64,000 nt of DNA, taken from contig CAJQQZ010000114.1 in the NCBI GenBank assembly GCA_905480575.1, positions 308 to 64,307 of the forward strand, written 5' to 3'. Below the pieces are notes generated by a model that saw only the letters and a program-made list of their open reading frames with translations, was not told the DNA's origin and made no database searches. Source of the DNA: an uncultured Alphaproteobacteria bacterium (GTDB lineage Bacteria; Pseudomonadota; Alphaproteobacteria; UBA7985; CAJQQZ01). Position numbers and translations under genes: made by a program. Numbering within the stretch: the stretch's first letter is position 1; each line of letters opens with the position of its first letter. Below, one piece after another: positions 19,462 to 27,991 of this stretch.

Positions 19462-19980
19462 TTAGCTTTCGCCTTGATTGTCTGAAAATAGACCGACTTT
19501 CAGGTCCTTTGCTTGATATATAGGTTCACCGTCGGCCAATACAACGCCTTCAGCGATACCCAAAACAAGCTTGCGGTTTATGACCCGTTTAAGGTCGATT
19601 TCATAACGCAAGTTTTTCGTCTCTGTCGTAACCATACCCGTCAACTTAACTTCACCAACGCCAAGGGCGCGACCGCGGCCTTTACCGCCGATCCAACCCA
19701 GGAAGAAACCTGTCAATTGCCACAGCCCATCAAGTCCCAAACAACCAGGCATCACAGGGTCACCAACAAAGTGGCAATCGAAGAACCATTTGCTTGGATC
19801 GATTGCAAAGTCTGCTTCAATTCGACCTTTACCATAGGCACCACCGTCAGCGCTGATGTGGGGAATTGAATCAACCATCAACATGGGAGGCATGGGTAAC
19901 TGTGGATTGCCAACACCGAACATTTCGCCGCTGGCACAATGTAGGATATCGTCATAAGAAAAGCTGGCGGAAGAAGACAA
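19462..19980 (-). CDS. fabA: 3-hydroxydecanoyl-ACP dehydratase/isomerase
   Basis: [24 protein letters not shown] FabA hotdog signature. Confidence 0.9.
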   Translation of the reverse strand: MSSSASFSYDDILHCASGEMFGVGNPQLPMPPMLMVDSIPHISADGGAYGKGRIEADFAIDPSKWFFDCHFVGDPVMPGCLGLDGLWQLTGFFLGWIGGKGRGRALGVGEVKLTGMVTTETKNLRYEIDLKRVINRKLVLGIAEGVVLADGEPIYQAKDLKVGLFSDNQGES

Positions 19981-20207
19981 GGAGCTACTCCTGTTAGGTA
20001 TAAAAGAGTTCGCCGTGTTTTGCCCTTATCCAGAAACAAAGGCAAGCGGGATTCTACTTCTTACATCAGCTATTCACGGCAAAACTAAGGTGTTCATCAC
20101 TAGAATTGTGGAAATCTACTATCTTGTCCTACTATTGGCTTGCAGCGGAAAAAATTCTGCGATTAATAAAAGGACGAATTTCTTGGCTGCAAAAATTGAC
20201 CCATACG

Positions 20208-20630
20208 ATGAATCAAGATGCTCTTACTGACAAATTGAGGCTCTCAGGCTTACGGCCGACACCTCAACGACTGGCGATTGGCACCTTGCTGTTTGATGGT
20301 GTTAACCGACATGTGACCGCTGAATCACTTTACGACGAAGCCAAAGAAAACGATTGTAAGGTTTCTCTAGCAACGGTCTACAACACCCTTCACCAATTTA
20401 CTGAAGCAGGGCTGTTAAGACAGATAATCGTCGATCCGAGTAGGGCTTATTTCGATACAAATACAACGTCCCACCATCATTTCTTTCATGAAGACACACA
20501 CGTTCTAGAAGACATCCCGGGCGAACGCGTATCGGTGCGGTTAGATGGCGATAGTCCTTTTTCAGCAAAAGCGCCGGAAGGGAAGAAAATCACCGACGTG
20601 GGTGTGATTATCCGGCTCTCATCAGAGTAA
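20208..20630 (+). CDS. irr: Fur-family iron response regulator (Irr-like)
   Basis: Fur-type winged helix (TPQRLAIGTLL...VSLATVYNTLHQFTEAGLL) plus an HHH heme-binding-like motif (TSHHHFFHED). Divergent from fabA as in Rhizobiales. Confidence 0.7.
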   Translation: MNQDALTDKLRLSGLRPTPQRLAIGTLLFDGVNRHVTAESLYDEAKENDCKVSLATVYNTLHQFTEAGLLRQIIVDPSRAYFDTNTTSHHHFFHEDTHVLEDIPGERVSVRLDGDSPFSAKAPEGKKITDVGVIIRLSSE

Positions 20631-20671
20631 GAATTCCTCTTTGTGGACTTGAGGAGCTAGAAAAGCGAATG

Positions 20672-20944
20672 TTAGATTTCTTCTCCGAAGCGCTCTGAAA
20701 ACAGCTGTTGAATGGCTTCAACAGCACACGCTTCGTCTACGCCGTGAGCTTTTATGTCGAGCTGGCTTCCGATAGCAGCACCAAACATCATCAGCCCCAT
20801 GATAGAAAAAGCGGAGACGAATTGTCCCTGGAAGCCAATTTCGATTTCCGACTCGAACTTTTCGGCCAAAGCAACCAACTTAGCGGCGGCGCGAGCATGG
20901 AGTCCTTTTTGGTTTGTAACCGTTACTGAATTTTGCGTTGTCAT
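20672..20944 (-). CDS. ptsH: HPr-like phosphocarrier protein
   Basis: 90 aa with His15 region GLHARAAAKLV and Ser46 region (VSAFSIMGL). Confidence 0.8.
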   Translation of the reverse strand: MTTQNSVTVTNQKGLHARAAAKLVALAEKFESEIEIGFQGQFVSAFSIMGLMMFGAAIGSQLDIKAHGVDEACAVEAIQQLFSERFGEEI

Positions 20945-20953
20945 GAGGGGTTT

Positions 20954-21352
20954 TTATTGAGACAGAGTCTTGGAAGCAACTGTAATATATTTTTTGGCCG
21001 CTGCTTCGATGGCTTCAACCGCTTGTCCTAAGGTCATCGAACCACGCACCGAAGCGAGTTTGACCATCATCGGCAGATTTACACCAGCAATGATATCCAC
21101 TTCCCCTGTTTTCAAGGTCGAAAGCGCTAGGTTTGACGGTGTTCCACCGAACAAGTCTGTCAGCACAATGACCCCCTTGCCAGTGTTTACTTTTCGTGTC
21201 GCAGCAAGAACGTCTTGTCGGCGTTCTTCAATGTCATCATCGGGTTCGATTGCCAAAGTCTCCATCTGACTTTGAACACCAACTATATGCTCAACCGCCT
21301 TTTTCAACTCTGTCGACAAAGCACCATGGGTTACAATTACTACGCCTATCAC
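20954..21352 (-). CDS. PTS EIIA component, mannose family
   Basis: MIGVVIVTHGALSTEL... EIIA-Man fold with the phosphorylatable-His motif (VTHG). Confidence 0.8.
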   Translation of the reverse strand: MIGVVIVTHGALSTELKKAVEHIVGVQSQMETLAIEPDDDIEERRQDVLAATRKVNTGKGVIVLTDLFGGTPSNLALSTLKTGEVDIIAGVNLPMMVKLASVRGSMTLGQAVEAIEAAAKKYITVASKTLSQ

Positions 21353-21388
21353 GATTGATACTTCATTGATTTGTGTTTTCGCACTTTG

Positions 21389-22312
21389 TCAGCCACTGAC
21401 ATGATCCAGTTCACGATGAACCAGGCTAACAACTCTTGTTCCATAATTTAGTTGTTCAGCCAACCTTTCAGCGGTGAAAACAGAGCGATGCTGCCCGCCG
21501 GTGCATCCGATTGCTATGGTAAGATAGGATTTTCCTTCTTCTTCAAAAGCTGGGATCAGCTGGTTGAGCATTTGGCGAAGATTCGCGAAGAAAATAGTGA
21601 AGGCTGGGTCATTTTCTATAAATTCAGCCACACCCTGATCTCGACCTGTGCATTCTTTCAGCTCTGGGACATAGTGAGGATTGGCTAGGAAACGCACGTC
21701 AAAGACCAGGTCTGCGCTGCGCGGCAGCCCTTTTTTATAGGAGAATGAAACGATGGAAATCGTCAGTCCGATACGATCATCAGCGGCAACACGTTCTTGA
21801 AGAATGCCGCGCAGACCGGGCAAGCTTGTCCTTGAGGTGTCAATCAGCAGATCGGCGTGGGCTCTCAGAGGTGTTAACCGACTGCGTTCAACACGAATAC
21901 CGTCCATTACTGCCCGGTCCGGCGCCAGAGGGTGCCGCCGTCTTGTTTCATTGAACCTGCGCCTTAAAACGTCATCTTCACAATCAAGAAAAACAAAGAC
22001 GATTTTGATGTCAGGATTGGTCTTCAGAGCTTTCAAATACTCCGAAAATATCTCGACTGTAAAACCACGGGTCCGGACATCAACACCAATTGCCAATCCG
22101 CGGCGATTGTGGGATTTGGCTTCATAAAAATCGGCAATTGTTTGCGACCAGAATTGTAAGGGCAAATTGTCGATTGCCTCATAGCCGCTGTCCTCTAACG
22201 CTCTAAGCGACGACGATCGGCCAGCACCAGACATCCCCGAAACAATGACGATTGGCAGCTTATTTTTTTGATCACTATTTTTATTATTGATGATTAAGCT
22301 CCAATTGATCAC
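21389..22312 (-). CDS. rapZ: RNase adapter protein RapZ (YhbJ-family P-loop NTPase)
   Basis: Walker A GMSGAGRSSSLRALED, and a C-terminal GCTGGQHRSV motif. Confidence 0.8.
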   Translation of the reverse strand: MINWSLIINNKNSDQKNKLPIVIVSGMSGAGRSSSLRALEDSGYEAIDNLPLQFWSQTIADFYEAKSHNRRGLAIGVDVRTRGFTVEIFSEYLKALKTNPDIKIVFVFLDCEDDVLRRRFNETRRRHPLAPDRAVMDGIRVERSRLTPLRAHADLLIDTSRTSLPGLRGILQERVAADDRIGLTISIVSFSYKKGLPRSADLVFDVRFLANPHYVPELKECTGRDQGVAEFIENDPAFTIFFANLRQMLNQLIPAFEEEGKSYLTIAIGCTGGQHRSVFTAERLAEQLNYGTRVVSLVHRELDHVSG

Positions 22313-22363
22313 CTAGGGCAAGAATCCTATTCCAACTCTTTTGCCTGTCGTTGTCAACAGATC

Positions 22364-22798
22364 CTAGAGAGCTAATTTGGAAAGGGCTAGCTTGATCAGA
22401 GGAACCGTACTTCCCGCAAAAGGCCAGATTTCTATCGCGGGAATTTTTCTATCAAGCAAAGTATAACTCCGGGCTTCTGGCATTCGAACAACATCATTTG
22501 AATTTCGTACCAACTGTACCACTATGTCGATAGAGCAACGTGCACGGGCGGGTATCTTAACCAGTCCCAACCCTCTGACCTCAAGCAAACCTTTTAGGTT
22601 TTCAGGTGCTGACGCTGTGAGCTCCCCTTTTGATCCGACTTCCAGTTCACAACGATCATCCGCGACCAAAATTCCGCCTTGATCGATTAATCGTAATGCG
22701 AGGTCGGACTTTCCAGAGCCTGGAGGACCGAGAATGAGCAGTCCCTTGTCTTCAAAGAAAACGGTCGTCGCATGAAGATTTCTTTTCTGAGTATCCAT
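22364..22798 (-). CDS. hprK: HPr kinase/phosphorylase, short alphaproteobacterial form
   Basis: 144 aa containing only the kinase C-domain, with P-loop GPPGSGKSDLALRL and LEVRGLG. Confidence 0.75.
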   Translation of the reverse strand: MDTQKRNLHATTVFFEDKGLLILGPPGSGKSDLALRLIDQGGILVADDRCELEVGSKGELTASAPENLKGLLEVRGLGLVKIPARARCSIDIVVQLVRNSNDVVRMPEARSYTLLDRKIPAIEIWPFAGSTVPLIKLALSKLAL

Positions 22799-22805
22799 CG
22801 AATAC

Positions 22806-24488
22806 TTAAAGCGATGGTAAACGGATGATAAAGCAAGCGCCCAGCACCTCGCCCTCTGGAGAATAAAGATTTGTCGCTTTTATTGTACCACCATGCGCTT
22901 CTACAATCTGTTTCGAGATCGATAGGCCCAAACCGGAATTATTCCCAAAACTCTCTGGTTCAGGGCGATCAGTGAAGAACCTGTTGAAAATCTTATCCAG
23001 TTTGTCCTCCGGAATCCCCGGGCCCTGATCACAAACCTGAATTTCGACAAAACCGCTCCTGCGTTCTGCAATGAGAGATATCGTGGAATGAGCTGGTGAA
23101 AACGACAAAGCGTTGCCGATTAGATTGCGCAAAACTTGGCCCAATCGACCTTCTATACCCTGAACCCACAATTGATCTTGTTCAGGCAAACCTAGTGCAA
23201 AGTTGACCTGATGCTCTTGACCAATCAGCTCCTGCGTTTCGACCAAAGCGCCGAGGAACTCATGAACATTCACAACCTCTTTACCGGCACGGGACAGCTC
23301 AGCATCTAGCCTCGACGCGTCGGAAATATCGGTGATCAATCGGTCTAATCGCTGGACATCTTGGTTCATGATTGCAATCAGTTTCGTTTGCTTCTCTGGA
23401 TCTTTGATGAGCTCTAGTGTCTCCAGCGCGCTTCTAACCGACGTAAGTGGGTTTTTTATCTCGTGGGAGACATCAGCTGCAAACCGCTCAATCGCCGTCA
23501 TCCTTGCCAACAAAGTCGCGGTCATTTCACGCAAAGCCAGTGAAAGGTCCCCGATTTCATCACGGCGATGGGTGAAGTCCGGAATTTCGACTTCTTGAGC
23601 ATTCCCCAGACGCACCTGATCGGCCGCGCGTGCCAGCCGTCTGACCGGGTAGGCAATTGTGCCAGAGAGATAGAGAGAAAGAACAATGGTGATTGTGAGT
23701 GCTACAAAGAAAATTTGTAGAATCACTTTGCGGATGTTCTGCACTTCCTCGTCAATTTCCCTTGTGACGCGAGAAAGCATGAGCGCGCCCAAAACCTGCC
23801 TGTAACGTTGAACCGGTATACCAACAGAGAGCATGAGGTGGCTGTTTTTGGTGATCCGAACACTATGGCCCACATCACCATAGAAGGCCCCGGATACTTC
23901 GCTATAGTGATCGGCTTTTTGACTAAGTGCTTCACTGTACAACGGCAGCTTCCGTTGAGACCGTCCAAAAAATGACCACCAATTGACATCATCAGGCACA
24001 TCAACGGTTGGTTTGATTGGTGGTGGTCGTACTGGCAACTCTTCCACAAAAATCGGACCACCTGGGCTCTTTAACTCACGGCTATCCGCAATGATTGCAC
24101 CATTTGGCTGGAAAACACGGACCCGAGTTGAGGTTTCTTTAGTTAAAAGCTGCACCAGAAAGTTGGTCTGTGTTGGCCTCAGAAACTCATTGCCGTTTTG
24201 ATCCTGGGCAACGGAAGCCGTTCCGAGAGCTACCGCTATTATCTTGCCTTCTGATTCTAGCGATGAAATCTCAACGTCAATCAACGATTGACGATATTGG
24301 TCGATCCAAAGAAACCCAAACAAAGGAATTAAGAGCGCCCCAACATTAATGACCAGGATTCGAATAGTTAAGGCAGAAAATCTCGGACGTCGACGATGGA
24401 TGGAATTCCAAAGCGGACGCACCAGCGCGATTAGGAACCGCAGTCCAGTGGTTAGGGTGTTGGCAAAATTTCTGACGAAATCAATCAC
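22806..24488 (-). CDS. chvG: sensor histidine kinase ChvG/ExoS-type
   Basis: Two transmembrane segments flanking a periplasmic domain, then HAMP, then the H-box [13 protein letters not shown], and N/G boxes. Overlaps the chvI stop. Confidence 0.8.
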   Translation of the reverse strand: MIDFVRNFANTLTTGLRFLIALVRPLWNSIHRRRPRFSALTIRILVINVGALLIPLFGFLWIDQYRQSLIDVEISSLESEGKIIAVALGTASVAQDQNGNEFLRPTQTNFLVQLLTKETSTRVRVFQPNGAIIADSRELKSPGGPIFVEELPVRPPPIKPTVDVPDDVNWWSFFGRSQRKLPLYSEALSQKADHYSEVSGAFYGDVGHSVRITKNSHLMLSVGIPVQRYRQVLGALMLSRVTREIDEEVQNIRKVILQIFFVALTITIVLSLYLSGTIAYPVRRLARAADQVRLGNAQEVEIPDFTHRRDEIGDLSLALREMTATLLARMTAIERFAADVSHEIKNPLTSVRSALETLELIKDPEKQTKLIAIMNQDVQRLDRLITDISDASRLDAELSRAGKEVVNVHEFLGALVETQELIGQEHQVNFALGLPEQDQLWVQGIEGRLGQVLRNLIGNALSFSPAHSTISLIAERRSGFVEIQVCDQGPGIPEDKLDKIFNRFFTDRPEPESFGNNSGLGLSISKQIVEAHGGTIKATNLYSPEGEVLGACFIIRLPSL

Positions 24489-25186
24489 GCATCTTTGTAG
24501 CGATAACCAACGCCATACAGAGTTTCGATCTGATTAAAGTCATCATCTGCTGCTTTGAACTTCCGGCGCAGACGTTTGATGTGACTGTCGATGGTTCTAT
24601 CATCCACATAGATATGTTCACCGTAGGCCGCATCCATTAATTGATCACGGGTCTTCACATGACCAGGTCTCATGACCAAAGATTTGAGGATGAGAAATTC
24701 GGTTACCGTTAGCGTCAGGTCTTTATCTTTCCAACGGCAAAGGTGTTTATCAGAATCTAAAGAGAGCTCGCCTCGGGATAGAACATCTGTGCTTTGCTCT
24801 TTCTCCTGACTTTCCTTGATCAGCTCCTGGCGTCGCAAAATAGAACGTATTCTCTCAATCAAAAGACGTTGTGAAAAGGGCTTCGTGATGTAGTCGTCTG
24901 CCCCCATACGCAGGCCCAAGACCTGGTCAACTTCATCATCTTTTGACGTTAGGAATATGGCGGGCATTGCCGATTGAGCTCGAATTCGAGTCAGTAACTC
25001 CATGCCATCCATACGCGGCATCTTTATGTCCAAGATAGCCATATCGGCGGGCTTGGAAGCCAACGAGCGAAGCGCTTCGGAACCATCGGTAAAACTGCGC
25101 ACGTAAAATCCCTCGGCCTCCAATGCCATAGATACTGAAGTTAGAATGTTACGGTCGTCGTCGACGAGAATAATGGACTGCTGCAC
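24485..25186 (-). CDS. chvI: OmpR-family response regulator ChvI-type
   Basis: Receiver domain (ILVDDD...MAILDIKMP) plus a winged-helix domain. Precedes chvG. Confidence 0.85.
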   Translation of the reverse strand: MQQSIILVDDDRNILTSVSMALEAEGFYVRSFTDGSEALRSLASKPADMAILDIKMPRMDGMELLTRIRAQSAMPAIFLTSKDDEVDQVLGLRMGADDYITKPFSQRLLIERIRSILRRQELIKESQEKEQSTDVLSRGELSLDSDKHLCRWKDKDLTLTVTEFLILKSLVMRPGHVKTRDQLMDAAYGEHIYVDDRTIDSHIKRLRRKFKAADDDFNQIETLYGVGYRYKDA

Positions 25187-25335
25187 TTATGGCTCCTCCG
25201 CCTTGGTTACTGGCTTAAATGCCTTCCTCTTGCTTACAATATCTGGCGAATACAAGGCAAAGAATCACCAATTAAGGCAAAATGGGGCTAAGCGTAGTTT
25301 ATTTCAACTAAGTTTGAGAAAAGGAGGCAACAATT

Positions 25336-25485
25336 ATGGTCTTTTTTCTCAATGAAGGTTTGATCTTGACCAGGAATAGTTTAGGAATCGGCCCAATAAT
25401 AAAATCGCCATATTCCCAGCGTAAAGACAAAGGGTGCAAGGCGACAATCTGCGGCGACAAACGTGAAAAAAATCAAAGCTATTGA
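25336..25485 (+). CDS. candidate upstream small ORF (49 aa) with strong Shine-Dalgarno, overlapping the start of the EAL gene
   Basis: AAGGAGG sits 8 nt before ATG 25336. The ORF runs in a different frame into the first codons of the downstream gene. Function unknown; could be a leader peptide or coincidental. Confidence 0.2.
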   Translation: MVFFLNEGLILTRNSLGIGPIIKSPYSQRKDKGCKATICGDKREKNQSY

Positions 25486-26533
25486 CCAAGGCCATCCGTT
25501 TGTATCGGCAATTCTGGTTGAAAAATTTCAAGGTCAAGAACAAGCATTTGTTAAAGCCCTAAGGTCTAGTTACGCCTGCGTTGATAGAGAATTGGCGATT
25601 GGCGATAGCCATACAGCCTTTCTGATGCGAAACTCACAGGACCTATCGACGATCGTTTCCGGTCTAACGAAGTGCAACGAGCCTTCAGCAACTATCGAAG
25701 TTATCCCTTTTCTCTGCTCAGACGACCCAAATGCCTACCTCGGAGAGCTCGCTCGAAATCTAACTTTGGAAACCAGCCGGTCTGATCAATTCATTGCTAG
25801 ATTTTGGAACGAAGAAGTCGCTTTCGAACAGGCCATAACAAGCCATATTCCATCCCAATTCCAGCCTGATCAATCGGTGGCATTCCAAGCCATTATCGAT
25901 CAGTCAAACAAAGAGACAGCATTCTTCGAAACATTCACGAGGTGGCCAGACTTTGGATCATCTGACGTCAACCAACCTCTTTTTTCAGAAGACAGCGACT
26001 ATCAAACGCTGTCCACTGCTTTATCGGTGTTGGAATCCGAACCCGATCTTCAGCTTTCGGTAAACTTCCCACGACAAAGGTTCCAGAAAGATTTCTTGGA
26101 CAAGGCGTTACAATTGCTAGGTGACGCGGGCCCTTTTGTGCGTAAAAGGCTGATCATCGAAATCGTGGAAGTTTGGGCAATAGCCGATTTTCTTCCCATC
26201 AAACAATCCGTGAAAGCATTGAAAAACCTCGGCTGTCAAATTGCTTTTGATGACGTCGGAGCCGGAATTTTACCTTTGGCAGATATTTTCGATTTACAAC
26301 CTGAGTACCTCAAACTGGACCGTATTTTTGTTCAGCATTCTGTTGGTTCGCCTGAGCAAAATGGCCTTTTGAAGGGGTTTGTCGAACTCGCTGAAGAACT
26401 CAAAACTTGTTTGGTTGCGGAAGGCGTCGAAACAGAAGAACAGTCCGAGAAGCTTCTAGATCAAGGTATCTTCTTACAACAAGGCTACTTTGTTGCTCGG
26501 GAACAAAACCACCCCAAGCGCCAAACTGCTTAG
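25463..26533 (+). CDS. EAL-domain protein (putative c-di-GMP phosphodiesterase) with uncharacterised N-terminal region
   Basis: C-terminal motifs FDDVGAG, KLDRIF, AEGVETEEQ and QQGYF match EAL-domain signatures. The EAL triad is degenerate (ETFTRW) and 'EIVE' replaces E(L/I)TE. Confidence 0.65.
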   Translation: MKKIKAIDQGHPFVSAILVEKFQGQEQAFVKALRSSYACVDRELAIGDSHTAFLMRNSQDLSTIVSGLTKCNEPSATIEVIPFLCSDDPNAYLGELARNLTLETSRSDQFIARFWNEEVAFEQAITSHIPSQFQPDQSVAFQAIIDQSNKETAFFETFTRWPDFGSSDVNQPLFSEDSDYQTLSTALSVLESEPDLQLSVNFPRQRFQKDFLDKALQLLGDAGPFVRKRLIIEIVEVWAIADFLPIKQSVKALKNLGCQIAFDDVGAGILPLADIFDLQPEYLKLDRIFVQHSVGSPEQNGLLKGFVELAEELKTCLVAEGVETEEQSEKLLDQGIFLQQGYFVAREQNHPKRQTA

Positions 26534-26548
26534 AACTCAATTCGACCT

Positions 26549-27805
26549 TTAGATTTCTAGCCCTTGCAAGAGCCTGGGTTGATTGACGGACTTCCCGCTG
26601 GCCTTTTCAATCAAAAAGGCTTTCAACGAGTCCAGACGATTAACTGAGGGCAAGCCCACAGATGTCAACATGCGAGCCGGACCCGCGGAAGTCGAAAAAA
26701 CGCGATTAAGGCCATCCATCAAACCCAGTGTCAGAGCCGAATCAAACCGCCGCCGCCGTTGATAGTTGTCGAGGCTTAGATCGTCTCCGAAATCCAATCC
26801 CAGTCGGCGCGCCTCAACCAAAACTTCGGCCAAAGCCGCGACGTCTCGAATACCTAAGTTCAACCCTTGGCCGGCGAGAGGGTGAACATGATGCGCTGCA
26901 TCTCCAACCAAAACAAACCGATCTTTAGCGAAACAATCCGCTATTCCCGCCGCAAGCGGAAAGGACCAGCGCTTTCCTTGCAGTTTTAGTTTGCCCAATC
27001 TGTTACCGAACCGCCTTTGCATTTGGGTCGTGAATTCTGTCTCATCTAGCTCCATCATCACCTTAGCGAGTTCTCGTTTTTCCGACCAAACGATCGACGA
27101 CAAATGAGGATGGGTAGCGTTGCCGGGCAAGGGCAGCACTGCAAAAGATCCGTTCGGTAAAAACCATTGATAGGCCAAACCTTCATGGGCAAATTCATGT
27201 GAAACGGTGCAGACAAGCCCCGCCTGATCATAGTCGGTCGATTGCGTCTTTATTCCGGCCAGCCCTCGCAAAACTGAACCACGTCCCTCTGCCGAGGCCA
27301 ACAAACGCGTTGTTAGATTTTCACCCGTTGCCAGTTCGCAATCGACGACAGATCCGGTCTTTCGGAAACTCAAAATTCTATTTTTTGGCAGAAACTGAAC
27401 TTGGCTGGTCTTTTTGAGCGCCTGATTCAAAGCGGTCATCAAACGCTCATTTTCAACCATGTGACCCAGAAGCACTTCAGCATTTGCGTCGAAGTTCAAC
27501 GCGAAGTCCGTTTCCTCATGATCCACAACAGCTTCACCAATGCGCATACCGGTGATTTGTTGGCTGCCCAAGGAAGAGGTTAAACCCAACAGTTCAAGGC
27601 AACACCAACAATCTTCTGCGATGGCACTGGCCCGACCATCAGAAACAGCGGTTTCGTCAAACCAATCTCGTTGATCAATGAGGGTTACCTTGAATCCGTA
27701 ACGATCCAAAACCAGAGCCAAAAGACCGCCTACCAATCCAGCGCCGGAGATCACCACATCAGAGATCGGCGGCTGTTTCTCCTGTAAAATTGGTTTTTCT
27801 GTCAT
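26549..27805 (-). CDS. UbiH/UbiF/VisC/COQ6-family FAD-dependent ubiquinone biosynthesis hydroxylase
   Basis: GAGLVGGLLALVL FAD motif and DRFVLVGDAAHHVHPLAGQGLNLGIRD signature. Confidence 0.8.
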   Translation of the reverse strand: MTEKPILQEKQPPISDVVISGAGLVGGLLALVLDRYGFKVTLIDQRDWFDETAVSDGRASAIAEDCWCCLELLGLTSSLGSQQITGMRIGEAVVDHEETDFALNFDANAEVLLGHMVENERLMTALNQALKKTSQVQFLPKNRILSFRKTGSVVDCELATGENLTTRLLASAEGRGSVLRGLAGIKTQSTDYDQAGLVCTVSHEFAHEGLAYQWFLPNGSFAVLPLPGNATHPHLSSIVWSEKRELAKVMMELDETEFTTQMQRRFGNRLGKLKLQGKRWSFPLAAGIADCFAKDRFVLVGDAAHHVHPLAGQGLNLGIRDVAALAEVLVEARRLGLDFGDDLSLDNYQRRRRFDSALTLGLMDGLNRVFSTSAGPARMLTSVGLPSVNRLDSLKAFLIEKASGKSVNQPRLLQGLEI

Positions 27806-27991
27806 GGTGACTATGGCTTCCCTTTTTTATTCATTCGAACGCTCAGAAAAAAAGGTCGCTCGAGTCTTATCAAATGCTTTGGAGTCTGTTATAGAAAGAT
27901 AGGTCATTTAGGGCCTCTATTTAAATAGCCTTTTTGGCACAGCGAAATTTTTATTGCCCAGACATATTTTTAGGGTGGAGTTTATAGATCG

